A stretch of DNA of 64,000 nt from an uncultured bacterium (GTDB taxonomy: Bacteria > Poribacteria > WGA-4E > JAJDTR01), in assembly GCA_964478165.1 (NCBI GenBank), contig CAYZGU010000039.1, forward strand, positions 7,963-71,962, in the 5' to 3' direction. Every line of letters starts with the position of its first letter. The first letter of the stretch is position 1. The notes beneath the pieces were generated by a model, which worked only from the letters and a program-made list of their open reading frames with translations, was not told the origin of the DNA and did not search any database. The position numbers were made by a program, and so were the translations under genes. Below are positions 51,189 to 61,862 of this stretch, one piece after another.

Positions 51189-51725
51189 TTATTTTGTTGA
51201 GAGATTTCGCTTGAAGTTTTCTAGGCCACGCCGAGTCGTCTGGTCGAGGCCGTCTCTCAACTGCGGGTCACTATCTGGAACCCCGTTTTGGTATTGGATG
51301 CCTGAGGTTCCAGGAGTTCGAGCGTATGTGTCGCTGAACTCAAACGTTGTTCGCACTGATGCTCCTAATTCCTGAACCATTTCGCTCAGCAGTTGATCGG
51401 ACGTGACGACTTCAACGTGTTCGTCGCCTCTGTATGCCTCAATCCACTCAGAAATATAGTCATCTGCTGTCTGGTCCCGCTTCGTATATACAACTTCGAC
51501 GCCTTCCTGATTTTGCGATGTTGGTCGGTGCAGGTTGCGTTTTCCTGCGTCAAACACGACAATTACTCGATGGCCTTGATAGTCAGCGAAGTTTCCAATC
51601 ATGCGTATGAGCTGGCCTCGGGCTAGATCGAACTGAGTATTAAGCTGTCGATCGAACTGGGGCCAGTGTTTTAAGACATTATAACCATCTACTAACACAA
51701 TCCATGCCATATTGATACCTCTCAA
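51189..51725 (-). CDS. NYN-domain (YacP-like) putative ribonuclease
   Basis: WIVLVDGYNV N-terminus and acidic residues at PIN/NYN positions; about 170 aa. Confidence 0.6.
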   Translation of the reverse strand: MRGINMAWIVLVDGYNVLKHWPQFDRQLNTQFDLARGQLIRMIGNFADYQGHRVIVVFDAGKRNLHRPTSQNQEGVEVVYTKRDQTADDYISEWIEAYRGDEHVEVVTSDQLLSEMVQELGASVRTTFEFSDTYARTPGTSGIQYQNGVPDSDPQLRDGLDQTTRRGLENFKRNLSTK

Positions 51726-52186
51726 TGCAAATGCTTCAGGGAGACTCTAATTCAAAATGTCCGAAATGTCTGCGTAAACTGTGTTTCTCGGTAAGAAACA
51801 ACCAGTGGCATTGTACAAGGTTGGGTCTTAGGACAGTAAAACAGCTTCTGTATTGAGGCGACGACTATTCGAATCGAAATCGGACTTATCTTATTTTTAT
51901 TTAGGAGTTTCCAGACGGTCGTTTATGTGAGTCAAGCGACTATCGTCTTTGTCCTATGCCCCGTTCCGTCGTTTGCGCAGCATAGCCTCATGACAACAAA
52001 GGACCACTTGACTGCTGCCGGATTACGCGTAATACTATGGCCTAAGACATCATTGGCATTAAACCCACAGTGTTCAATTGTAGAGGTGGGTTGAGTGTTA
52101 TTGTCCAAGCGCCTCGATGGGTTTCCACGAGCTAGCGTTACTTTCCCTGGCTAGTCCGTGTACATTCTACAATATAAGGAGAAATT

Positions 52187-52846
52187 ATGCCACTACGAAT
52201 CAATGACGGTGCCCCGGATTTTACAGCCAATTCAACTCACGGCGTCATCAATTTTCATGAGTGGATTGGTGATGGTTGGGTGGTTCTGTTTTCGCATCCA
52301 AAGGACTTTACGCCAGTTTGTACCACTGAGTTGGGATATATGGCGGGTCTTGCGTCTGAATTTGGTAAACGTAACTGCAAGATTATCGGACTCAGCGTGG
52401 ATCCAGTTGATGACCACTTAGGTTGGTCAAAGGACATTGAGGAGACATCTGGTCATGCCGTCACCTATCCAATGATTGGTGACACGAACTTAGTTGTTGC
52501 AAAGGCATACAACATGCTGCCCGCTGAAGAGCCGGGAACGTCAGATGGACGTACGGCTATTGATAATGAGACAGTACGTTCTGTATTCATTATCGGACCA
52601 GATAAGAAAATCAAGCTTATGCTGACCTACCCAATGACAACCGGGCGCAACTTCGATGAAATTCTCCGCGTGCTCGACTCCATGCAGTTAACCGCTAGGC
52701 GGAAAGTTGCGACTCCAGCTAACTGGAAATCGGGTGATGATGTGATTATTGTGCCATCGGTGTCGGATGAAGAAGCGAAAAAGGCGTATCCTGACGGTTG
52801 GAAAACCATTAAACCCTATCTACGTGTGGTTGGTCAACCTGACTAA
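52187..52846 (+). CDS. 1-Cys peroxiredoxin (Prx6-like)
   Basis: FTPVCTTE peroxidatic Cys motif, 219 aa, and a good AAGGAGA ribosome-binding site. Confidence 0.85.
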   Translation: MPLRINDGAPDFTANSTHGVINFHEWIGDGWVVLFSHPKDFTPVCTTELGYMAGLASEFGKRNCKIIGLSVDPVDDHLGWSKDIEETSGHAVTYPMIGDTNLVVAKAYNMLPAEEPGTSDGRTAIDNETVRSVFIIGPDKKIKLMLTYPMTTGRNFDEILRVLDSMQLTARRKVATPANWKSGDDVIIVPSVSDEEAKKAYPDGWKTIKPYLRVVGQPD

Positions 52847-52880
52847 AACATGTGCCCTGGAAATTGATTGCGACTGCGCA

Positions 52881-52930
52881 TCAAATTGCGTCCTTACCCT
52901 TAATTACCATTAAGCATAAGGACGCAATTT
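52881..52930 (+). terminator. 15-bp stem hairpin 35 nt downstream of the peroxiredoxin stop
   Basis: CAAATTGCGTCCTTA / TAAGGACGCAATTTG with a 20-nt loop, followed by GGGGGCC rather than a U-tract. Confidence 0.3.
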
Positions 52931-53058
52931 GGGGGCCTACTCAAGAATCTACTATGTCTTGCTGTCTCCGTTCCAGTGGCTGTTGATGGAGTTTTGTTAA
53001 TCTTGTACGTTGTACTGCAGGCCTGAATATTCCAGACTGGGGGGTAGCTGAAAAAAAC

Positions 53059-53907
53059 ATGCACTATCTGACGCGCCAGGCCACATTTGAAGCCTCACAC
53101 TTCTACTGTATTCCAGGTGTAAGTCATGAAGAAAACTATCGAATCTTTGGTTCAAGCGCGAATCCAAACGGGCATGGACACAACTATGTAGTTGAAGTGA
53201 CTATTAGGGGAACTGTCTCCGAAGAACATGGAATGGTTATTAATATTGCGGAGCTTGATAGACTTCTCAAAGATCAAGTGCTTGTGTGCTATGATCACAA
53301 AAATTTAAATCGTCAACATCTCATATTTTCGAAAAATCCCCATCTTCAGCCGACGAGCGAGAACATTGCAATCCAGATATGGTCCGCACTTACGCCTGTT
53401 CTTAAACTAGCGCAACTATATCGTATTCGACTACGTCAGGACTCATCTCTGTTTGCTGATTACTATGGAGAAGAACAGATGGTTTACCTTACGAAAGCCT
53501 ACGAATTCAGTGCTTCGCATTGCTTGCACAGTCAACATCTCAGTGACAAGGAGAACCTGCAGATTTTTGGCAAATGCAACAATCCACATGGCCATGGTCA
53601 TAATTACGTGCTTGAGGTGACAATAAAGGGAGACGTCCTGCCTAAAACAGGCATGATTGCCAATCTTGATCTCCTTGATGAAATCGTACAAGAACAGGTT
53701 TATGCGAGATTTGACCACAAGCATCTCAACCTTGACACGCCGGAATTCGGAGATCTCAATCCAACGTCCGAGAATTTTGTAACAGTGATTTGGAATGTTT
53801 TAGAACCGACTTTGGGATCTGTGACTCTACATCGCCTTCGGTTGAAAGAAACACCTAAGAACTACTTTGACTATTACGGTGAATCATCAGAGGTTGACAT
53901 CTTATGA
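53059..53907 (+). CDS. Fused tandem 6-pyruvoyl-tetrahydropterin synthase (two PTPS domains)
   Basis: Two about 140-aa PTPS halves. The second has the eukaryote-type catalytic site [14 protein letters not shown]. The first has [14 protein letters not shown], with Cys replaced by Ser. The stop overlaps the folE start (ATGA). Confidence 0.8.
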   Translation: MHYLTRQATFEASHFYCIPGVSHEENYRIFGSSANPNGHGHNYVVEVTIRGTVSEEHGMVINIAELDRLLKDQVLVCYDHKNLNRQHLIFSKNPHLQPTSENIAIQIWSALTPVLKLAQLYRIRLRQDSSLFADYYGEEQMVYLTKAYEFSASHCLHSQHLSDKENLQIFGKCNNPHGHGHNYVLEVTIKGDVLPKTGMIANLDLLDEIVQEQVYARFDHKHLNLDTPEFGDLNPTSENFVTVIWNVLEPTLGSVTLHRLRLKETPKNYFDYYGESSEVDIL

Positions 53908-54599
53908 ATGATGCGAAGGAGACTGTGCTTCTCGAGCGGATAGAAGCCCTGGAAGCTGAGATTGCTACATCTAAAATACGTGAACAACAATTAGATGAGA
54001 AACTGGAATCTACAACGTCGATTGAAGAACAATCCACAATGGTAGATTTGCATTTGGAGGATATTTTTGCCCAGGTGTTGCTGCGAATTGGTGAAGATTC
54101 CTCGAGGAGCGGGTTAATAAAGACCCCGCATCGTGCGTCTAGAGCGCTCTCCTTTTTAACTCAGGGCTATCATCAAAATGTTGAGGGGATTTTGAACAAT
54201 GCCATCTTTGAAGAAGAATATGACGACATGGTAATTGTTAAAGACATTGAATTTTACAGTTTGTGTGAACATCACATACTTCCGTTTTTTGGAAAATGCC
54301 ACGTGGGCTATATTCCGCAAAAGAAGATTGTCGGTCTGAGCAAGATACCTCGTATTGTGGACATGTTTTCCCGCCGGTTGCAAGTGCAAGAGAGATTAAC
54401 ATTCCAGATCGCTCAAGCATTGGAGAGCTCACTCAAACCACTCGGTGTTGCGGTTGTGATGGAAGCACAGCACATGTGCATGATGATTCGCGGTGTCGAA
54501 AAACAGCACTCACAAACAATGACAAATGTGATGCTAGGGGCGTTTAGGAATGAAGATTCAACGCGATCAGAGTTTATGAAGTGCTTTCAGATCTCATGA
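53904..54599 (+). CDS. folE: GTP cyclohydrolase I
   Basis: [10 protein letters not shown], ...QERLT... and a size typical of FolE. Confidence 0.9.
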   Translation: MNDAKETVLLERIEALEAEIATSKIREQQLDEKLESTTSIEEQSTMVDLHLEDIFAQVLLRIGEDSSRSGLIKTPHRASRALSFLTQGYHQNVEGILNNAIFEEEYDDMVIVKDIEFYSLCEHHILPFFGKCHVGYIPQKKIVGLSKIPRIVDMFSRRLQVQERLTFQIAQALESSLKPLGVAVVMEAQHMCMMIRGVEKQHSQTMTNVMLGAFRNEDSTRSEFMKCFQIS

Positions 54600-54748
54600 C
54601 GGTTAGGACACTCATGAGGCAGGCCTTCGAAGGAACATCAGAAGCTTTTTAAATGATAATGGTCTTTTTATACGGGACGTTCAGGTTGTCGAAAAACTCT
54701 GTTTCGCTGTTTTAACGATGGTAGTTTTCTTATTTTAACGGAGCTGTT

Positions 54749-55474
54749 GTGAACGAACACATGTTGAAGGATAAGGTTGTATTAATTACGGGAGCGTCAC
54801 GCGGAATTGGTGCAGAAACAGCTTTGGCGTTTGGGCGCGCTGGCGCAAAAGTGGTATTGGCTGCGCGGAAGGAACACGAAGTGGAAGCTGCAGCGGAGCG
54901 TGTGCGTGACAACGGAGGTGAGGCGCTCGCCTTGGTAGCTGATGTGACTAAAGCCGATCAAGTTGAAAATCTGATCCAGTTAGCACTCCGCAGTTACGAA
55001 AACATTGACATTTTAGTGAACAATGCTGGAGCTGCTGGTTTCGGTCGCGTGGTTGATTTTGATCCATTGCTTTGGAACACTGTCATTGAATCAAATCTCA
55101 CAAGTATCTATCTTTGTTCGAGATATGTTCTAGGACCAATGCTTGCCCGAAAATCGGGGCAGATTATCAATGTGTTGTCGGTTGCGGCCACTACAACCTT
55201 CAGAAATTCAGGGGCTTATTGTGCCGCGAAATCGGGTGCCTTAGCGCTTACGAAGGTCTTATCAGAGGAAGTCCGGCAAGAAAACATTCGAGTTACGGCC
55301 GTTTTACCGGGTTCCACACATACTGGATTTTGGGACGGAATGGAAACGCATCCAGACTTCGATCTGATGTTAAAGCCTGCGCATGTCGCATCGACAATCC
55401 TCTCTGTTGCTATACAGCCACTTGGAATGGTAATTGATGAGGTTACTGTTACACCGCCTCTCGGAATCTTGTAA
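54749..55474 (+). CDS. Short-chain dehydrogenase/reductase (candidate sepiapterin/pteridine reductase)
   Basis: TGASRGIG cofactor motif, NNAG, and the S...YxxxK triad (YCAAK). Located directly after PTPS-folE. Confidence 0.8.
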   Translation: MNEHMLKDKVVLITGASRGIGAETALAFGRAGAKVVLAARKEHEVEAAAERVRDNGGEALALVADVTKADQVENLIQLALRSYENIDILVNNAGAAGFGRVVDFDPLLWNTVIESNLTSIYLCSRYVLGPMLARKSGQIINVLSVAATTTFRNSGAYCAAKSGALALTKVLSEEVRQENIRVTAVLPGSTHTGFWDGMETHPDFDLMLKPAHVASTILSVAIQPLGMVIDEVTVTPPLGIL

Positions 55475-55519
55475 GATCCGCCGGTAGTTAGTTGGTAAGG
55501 CCAACGCCCATTCCAGGAC

Positions 55520-56944
55520 TTACGCTGTTGTTTCCGATTTGATGAACTTAGATTGCGTGCTCCGGATTCGTACTTTCCGAATCCGCCGTGCGTCGGCGTC
55601 CGCTATGGTGATAATTAGGCTCTCTGTATTGACTTTATCCCCTGATTTTGGAATTGTACCGGTGTGGTTCAGAATGTAGCCTGCTACTGTTTTGTAGTCG
55701 CCTGATGGGATGGCGACATCATACTGTTCCGACAGAACGTTTACTTCTGTTCTTCCGTCACATTCTAGAAGACGTGGACTAATCAGCCGCAGCGATTCTG
55801 GTTCGTCCCGTTCATCTGAAAACTCCCCGATGATTTCCTCTACCAAATCCTCCACAGTGGTTAATCCCACTATTCCGCCATATTCATCTACGACGAACAC
55901 CATAGTGTGATGACTTTGTTGTATTTCTTTGAGGAGTACGTTCGTGTTTTTCGATGCGGGAACGTATTGTAGGTTTTTGCGAATAAACGGTTCAAGAGCC
56001 TCCGACTCACCATTGGAATAGATGACATCAAGCAGATTAACAACCCCGATGATATTGTTGATCTGTTCCTCGTATACAGGAACGCGTGAGATGCCGGCTT
56101 CAGAGGCTGTCTGCAAAAACGTATCAATTTGTGTTGATTTGTCGACGGCGATGATGTCAACTAGAGGCACCATCACCTGCTCAACGGTTCGGTTGTGAAG
56201 ATTTAGAACACTGTGAATCATTCTTCGTTGATTCTTTAAAATGCGTCCTGATTGTTCACCGATTGTGGCTAGAAGACGTAGTTCGTCGCGTTGGGTGTCG
56301 GGCGACGTAGGCGCGGATCGCTTGTCGGCAATTCTAACGAGAAAATTTGCAAGATAACTCATTACGGTTACGATGGGACGGAAGGCTATATCGGAAATAC
56401 GTAGAACGCTGGAATAGCGTAGTGCAAGCGAATCAGCCCTGGCCCGAAAAATCGTCTTGGGAAGAATTTCGCCAAAAATTAAAATCAATCCGGTTGAGAT
56501 CAAGGTCGCAGCAGCTTCTTGGCTCGTTTGCAGTGTTGAAAGCAGGGTCTGAGTCACCTCTGACATTTGTAACAGGGCTATTACAAATAACAATCCCATT
56601 TGAGATGCCATGACATTCGCGATGTTAGTCCCCATGAGGGTCATCCCGAGTGTTCTTTCAGGAGTTTGAAGCAATCTTCTCAGAATCTCAGCTTTTCTGT
56701 TTCCTTCTTCGGCGCGCTGATATATGCTGTGTTTGTCGAGCGAGACGGTTGCCGTCTCCAAACCTGAGTAGAGGGCGGATAAGAGTACAAAAATTAAAAG
56801 ACCGATAGCGAGAAAGGCGAATCGGACGAGACCGGTTGTCCAAAAGTCCGCCGGCGCACTTGGGGCGGTTGCTCCGAGCAGAAAAGCGCAACAAACTATA
56901 ATCTTAATGGTCTTAAGCGCAAATTTTCCATCCATCGAAGACAA
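55520..56944 (-). CDS. CNNM/CorC-family transporter (DUF21 TM domain, CBS pair, CorC_HlyC)
   Basis: 474 aa. Four-helix DUF21 N-terminus, tandem CBS domains, and a C-terminal transporter-associated domain. Confidence 0.8.
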   Translation of the reverse strand: MSSMDGKFALKTIKIIVCCAFLLGATAPSAPADFWTTGLVRFAFLAIGLLIFVLLSALYSGLETATVSLDKHSIYQRAEEGNRKAEILRRLLQTPERTLGMTLMGTNIANVMASQMGLLFVIALLQMSEVTQTLLSTLQTSQEAAATLISTGLILIFGEILPKTIFRARADSLALRYSSVLRISDIAFRPIVTVMSYLANFLVRIADKRSAPTSPDTQRDELRLLATIGEQSGRILKNQRRMIHSVLNLHNRTVEQVMVPLVDIIAVDKSTQIDTFLQTASEAGISRVPVYEEQINNIIGVVNLLDVIYSNGESEALEPFIRKNLQYVPASKNTNVLLKEIQQSHHTMVFVVDEYGGIVGLTTVEDLVEEIIGEFSDERDEPESLRLISPRLLECDGRTEVNVLSEQYDVAIPSGDYKTVAGYILNHTGTIPKSGDKVNTESLIITIADADARRIRKVRIRSTQSKFIKSETTA

Positions 56945-57040
56945 TTCCTAGTCAGAAAAGGTATAGCTGAGTGTAATTGGCTTTTGGAATCTAGTATTCC
57001 TGCATTCCAGCCTTAGGTATCAGTAGACGGCCGACTACCA

Positions 57041-58405
57041 TTATTTCGATGTTTGTACAGATTCTGCATCGTGTTCGGGGAGGGTCATTATCACAACGCC
57101 GACGAAATTCCCTTCCATTGCTGCAATTTCAAAGCGAACGCCGCTTTCTTCAATCTGAGATTCTCCAACTTCTGGAACCCGGCCAAAAATTCCAAGAACG
57201 AATCCTCCAATGGTATCTGCAGTGTACTCATTAAGCTTTAGTGAGAATTGTTGATTTATGGATTTTACGGTAACTCGGCCGGATACCTCAATTAGAGATG
57301 GATTGTCTGCATAAGGAAGAATGTCGGGGGACTTCAGAGTCGTGTCATGTTCATCGACAATATCGCCCACGACTTCCTCAAGGACATCTTCAATCGTGAC
57401 TATCCCAGATACGCCACCGTACTCATCCAATAGAATTCCCATTTTCGTCTTCTGCCGGGTGAGTTCGAATAGCAAATCAGCCAGTTTCTTGGTTTCAAGA
57501 ACGAAGAAGGGTTGACGGATAAGAGTATCTTCAGATTTCGAATCTCCTAGAAGATGTCGTCGGACGAGAAAATTTTCGATGGTCATTTCTCGTATGTCCA
57601 GATGTCTCCACACGGGTACATCCTTGACTTGAAAGATTCCGCAGATGTCATCTATTTGCTTTCGATAGATTGGAATTCGTGAGAATCCAAATTGTTTGGA
57701 TTTTTCCAGAATCTCCTGGACAGTCGCGGACGCTTCTACGGCAATCATCTCTGTACGTGGCACCATAATCTCCCTGGCCTCGATCTCGCGTAGCTGGAGC
57801 ACGTTGTCTAGGATTTCCCGTTCATTAGCGTGTAGTATTACACCATCATTTTTGTTGAGGATAGCCCTAAAATCTGCAGCGGTTAGTCTCTCTGTGTTTG
57901 GGATATCACTTCCACCGAACAGAGGCATTAATAGCTCAATGATGCCTCTCAGCAGAGTGCGTAAAGGTGAGATTAAGATGGAGAATATCCAAAGCGGGCG
58001 CGCTGTGATGCGTGCAAAAATCTCCGCGTATCTAATTGCGTAGGTCTTGGGCGTAATTTCGCCAAAAATTAGAACAGGCAGTGTAATCGACAGGGTCGCA
58101 ATGCAAAACTTGGCGACTTCTCCGAGGTTTTCGAAAAAGGGCAAGCGACGGATGAGGGAGTAAGCTATTGTCGTAAAAGCGACGTTAACGAAGGTATTAC
58201 CAAGTAAAAGGGTGATGAATAATCGACGGGGATTGTCGACGAAGTTCAGAATCGCAATGGTTTTCCTCTTTTTCTCAGTACGGAGGCGTTCGACCTCTAT
58301 CTTAGTCAGAGCGCACAAGGCGGTCTCCGAACCGGAGAAAAAGCCAGATATAAGGAGTAGCAACCCCAATGCTATGAGGTGAGGCAAAAGTTGGTCAATT
58401 TCCAT
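57041..58405 (-). CDS. CNNM/CorC-family transporter (paralog of the adjacent gene)
   Basis: 454 aa with the same DUF21-CBS-CorC architecture (GEITPK, DEYGG...G.VT.ED). Confidence 0.8.
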   Translation of the reverse strand: MEIDQLLPHLIALGLLLLISGFFSGSETALCALTKIEVERLRTEKKRKTIAILNFVDNPRRLFITLLLGNTFVNVAFTTIAYSLIRRLPFFENLGEVAKFCIATLSITLPVLIFGEITPKTYAIRYAEIFARITARPLWIFSILISPLRTLLRGIIELLMPLFGGSDIPNTERLTAADFRAILNKNDGVILHANEREILDNVLQLREIEAREIMVPRTEMIAVEASATVQEILEKSKQFGFSRIPIYRKQIDDICGIFQVKDVPVWRHLDIREMTIENFLVRRHLLGDSKSEDTLIRQPFFVLETKKLADLLFELTRQKTKMGILLDEYGGVSGIVTIEDVLEEVVGDIVDEHDTTLKSPDILPYADNPSLIEVSGRVTVKSINQQFSLKLNEYTADTIGGFVLGIFGRVPEVGESQIEESGVRFEIAAMEGNFVGVVIMTLPEHDAESVQTSK

Positions 58406-58837
58406 TCGTATCGGAGTTGAAAAAGAGACCGGTGATATAGTGGCGAAAAGCTCGCTTGAGCGCTATAATGTGTATGGGATGTCATGCGTCGGGGTGCTGG
58501 CGACGATTTTCTAATCATTCCTGAGATGTGAATGCCCAGATACACCCAACCCTTCCCATGTTTGTGATCGTAAAAGTGTAGCACATCAAGGAACAAACAG
58601 CAACAGGAATTCAGACTTTTTCGAAATCTATCAGGCATGAGGTCTTAGAAAATGGAACCGGTTGACTCGGTGCGCATCCGAAGGGTTAGACATGTGACAC
58701 TATATGTGGTATGAAAAACACCACAAGATACAATTCTTTCATTTGGCAGAAAAGATCGTACAATATGTAGTATGTGAGAATAGCTGTCATACAACTATTT
58801 TGTGCCGGAAACGCGTTTGGCGTTGACAGTTTAATAA

Positions 58838-60970
58838 TTGTATGGTAGCCTGTTGTCAGTCTTTAGTCGACATCATAGCCGTGGCCAGTCGCATTGGGGA
58901 GAAATAGGCGTGCAGATTAACGGATTAGTCCTAGGAAAATATCGAATAGAAAAATTGATCAACAATGGTAGCTTTGCTTCGGTATTTCGTGCAAGAGAGG
59001 AGCTGACGGGGCGCATCGTCGCTATTAAGGCGTTACCGAAGTCTATCTACCCGCCGGAACGACTACGTTATTTGTTAACTGAATTGAGTGCTATGACATT
59101 GAATTGGGGACATGAGAACATCGTCTCGATTCACACAGTTGAGCCCGGCGAGGATGATTATGTTGCTTACATTGTTATGGAGTACATAGACGGACCCACC
59201 CTATATGACCGAATGTCCACTGAATCGTTTGCTCCGACTCGCGCAATTAATATTGCGCTGGACATTTGTCGAGGTTTTATTGCCGTGCATGCACGGAATA
59301 TCATCCACCGTGACATTAAACCGCAGAACATTCTTCTCACCTCGGATTACAGGGCAAAAATCAGCGATTTTGGTGTCGCTCGCATACTCGAAGCGACCAA
59401 TGATCTCGCCGAGACGCTCACAGGTACACGGAAGTACATGGCGCCTGAGCAATACGATGGGGAATATGATTATCGGGTAGATTTATACTCGTTAGGATTA
59501 ATTCTCTATGAGATGTTGACCGGACGATTTCCATTCCGCGGTAAAAACCACAATGAGATAAAGATGAAGAAGTTGGACGTCGAGGTTGATTTTTCTAATG
59601 AACTGCCCGACGAGTTCTCCGAGTTTTTGTACAAGGTGTTACATCGCGATGTGAATGTACGTTACCAGACCGCTACCGAAATGTATGAGGATTTGAATCG
59701 CATTCGCGAATCATGGTATGAGCGCTCTGTGCGGAACATGCTCAGCGTCCACGAGGATTTGGATACGCTCCATGCAAAACTTTCAAAGGATCGAAAAGAG
59801 TTGCGGATTTCGACGGATGTAGCAGAGAAGATTGAATTGGAACTTCGGTATGACTGGTTGATCGAGGAGGAGAGGCGGAAACAGGACCGGCTTGGGCGGG
59901 AGATGGATACGCACTATGAGCTGGCAATTCAATGTCTTAATGACGCTAATCCAGTCGACGCACTGCAGGAGGTTCAAAAAGCTCATCGGCTTCATTCGAT
60001 GGAAGTTGAGCACACCAAGAAGACGGAGGAGATATTTCTGGCCCTGTCTGATGCCTTGGCAACTAATAGCACTCCTTCTACAGCCAATGAGTTAGCTGAT
60101 CTAATCAGACGGTTGTCGGCCAACGAGTTCCAGGCATTCGAAGCGTGGTTTACTGAGCACCGCGTTCAGGGTGCCCACAATGAATCTACGGATTTCTCAG
60201 ATTCAGGCTCACGCGAAGCGAGGGAAAATGGTTCGTTTCCGCACATTGCATTGCAGCCTACTCCGGTGGGTGAACCTCCTGCGGAGGTGTTGCTGAGGAC
60301 TTTACATGAAGATCCTAGGTACCCTCACGAAGTTAAGGCAGCACGAATCTTGAATTCGGCTGAACAGAATGCACGGGTGAGGACCAAACGTGCTCGGTCG
60401 GAATATAAAAAGCTTGGTGATTTCTATCGGCAGGCGGCTTTGGCTTTCGTTGCTTCAGAAGATTGGGAACGGGTTGCGGATTGTTATGTGCGAGCTCGGT
60501 TTGCGTATATTGCGGCTAGACGTTTTGGTAGCGCAAGACAAATAGCGCACCAGGCGGGAATCTACTATTCGAAATTTGCCGAGGACATGGAAAATCAGCA
60601 ACGATGGACGGAAGCCGGGGGGCACTATATTTTTTCAGCTGAACATTATACACATGGTGAATCTGTAGATGCGGCTGATGAAAGCCGATTGCGTGCAACA
60701 ATTTGTTACCTGAATGCGGCAGAGGATGCGAGGACGGTAGAAGACATTCAGCGTATTTACGATTATTGCGAAAAAATCTTTTCCATTGCAAAGACCATGC
60801 AAAGATCCTCAAAAGCGGTAACGGCAGCCCGGAAATTGGTTGAGGAGACAGAGAATTCCTTCGCCAAGCCATCGCGAAAGCACCTCCAATTGGGCAAGTG
60901 TTATTCACCGAAATCTGATTCCATCCGAGGAACAGTTGGGCTGCGGACGAATCCTACTGACAAACCATAG
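58838..60970 (+). CDS. Hanks-type Ser/Thr protein kinase with a ~440-aa helical C-terminal extension
   Basis: GxGxxASV, AIK, HRDIKPQN, DFG and APE motifs in the first ~270 aa; the remainder is alpha-helical repeat of unknown function. The start is uncertain; a GTG near 58910 is possible. Confidence 0.8.
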   Translation: MYGSLLSVFSRHHSRGQSHWGEIGVQINGLVLGKYRIEKLINNGSFASVFRAREELTGRIVAIKALPKSIYPPERLRYLLTELSAMTLNWGHENIVSIHTVEPGEDDYVAYIVMEYIDGPTLYDRMSTESFAPTRAINIALDICRGFIAVHARNIIHRDIKPQNILLTSDYRAKISDFGVARILEATNDLAETLTGTRKYMAPEQYDGEYDYRVDLYSLGLILYEMLTGRFPFRGKNHNEIKMKKLDVEVDFSNELPDEFSEFLYKVLHRDVNVRYQTATEMYEDLNRIRESWYERSVRNMLSVHEDLDTLHAKLSKDRKELRISTDVAEKIELELRYDWLIEEERRKQDRLGREMDTHYELAIQCLNDANPVDALQEVQKAHRLHSMEVEHTKKTEEIFLALSDALATNSTPSTANELADLIRRLSANEFQAFEAWFTEHRVQGAHNESTDFSDSGSREARENGSFPHIALQPTPVGEPPAEVLLRTLHEDPRYPHEVKAARILNSAEQNARVRTKRARSEYKKLGDFYRQAALAFVASEDWERVADCYVRARFAYIAARRFGSARQIAHQAGIYYSKFAEDMENQQRWTEAGGHYIFSAEHYTHGESVDAADESRLRATICYLNAAEDARTVEDIQRIYDYCEKIFSIAKTMQRSSKAVTAARKLVEETENSFAKPSRKHLQLGKCYSPKSDSIRGTVGLRTNPTDKP

Positions 60971-61806
60971 TTGCCAATGTCGCTTCGACCTACCATCCCC
61001 GTACGGACAAAATTGGCTTTTTACTTTTCATTAGCTCTCCCTTTTGTTCACAGGACCTTCTACCACCTGTGCCGTTCGAGCAGTTCTTCGCAGAGTCCTT
61101 AACGCTAAGTGTTGTGCAATTAAACCACACTCATCTTTCTTTGGAGGGTGGAGTCCGGGTCTTTCTCCGATTGATTTCGTATCATCGCTGGTTCAATTTT
61201 CGCAAACATCCTGAATTGCACCAGTGATGGGGTAGTCGCGGTTTCCGATCAGGTAGAAGGAAGAGGTTGGAATGATTCTTCATTGCTGTTAACCGCAAGG
61301 TTTGAGTGGAAGGTCTTCCAGTTGAATTCACGTTGTTGAAGATTGCGAATGTAGAACTGAGCAATAATGCGTCCGGCCTATCTTCGGTGTGTTTCAGAGC
61401 GAGAGCTATAGCTCCAATTTGTGCGTTTCCGTTTCGCTAGGAACTTAAGAATGCGTGCCCATGTGTTTCCGAGTGCAGATCGTCGATTGGTTTTCGATCT
61501 AACGTTCTCTAGCATGCGGGATACGCCCCCAATCTATGCTTGCTAGGAACTCCCAGGTGTGTTGGTTTCATCGAATGAGGGGGTGGTTTTTGCAGTCGAA
61601 TGGAGTCTGTATCCTATTTGTGCGTAGGTATCTCAGATTGTTCTCGGATTTCGGAGTCCATTGCGTAAGGTACGCTTGAGTCCGGCCGGGGATTGTGTCA
61701 CTAGCTTTGGGTAGATCTGCTGAGTGGTATTTCTCGGCTTTCGGCCACGATTAAACCCATGCTCTTTCAGAGCGTTGAAATTAGACTGACAGTTGCGTAA
61801 AAACGC

Positions 61807-61835
61807 TTTACAATGACTGACAGTAGATGTATACT
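61807..61835 (+). promoter_or_regulatory. Sigma-70-type promoter for aroK-aroB (TTTACA-N17-TATACT)
   Basis: Read directly: tttaca at 61807-61812, a 17-nt spacer, tatact at 61830-61835. This sits about 25 nt upstream of the aroK SD/ATG. Confidence 0.5.
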
Positions 61836-61862
61836 TAGCCACTTAGGAAGGGGTATTTGAGC

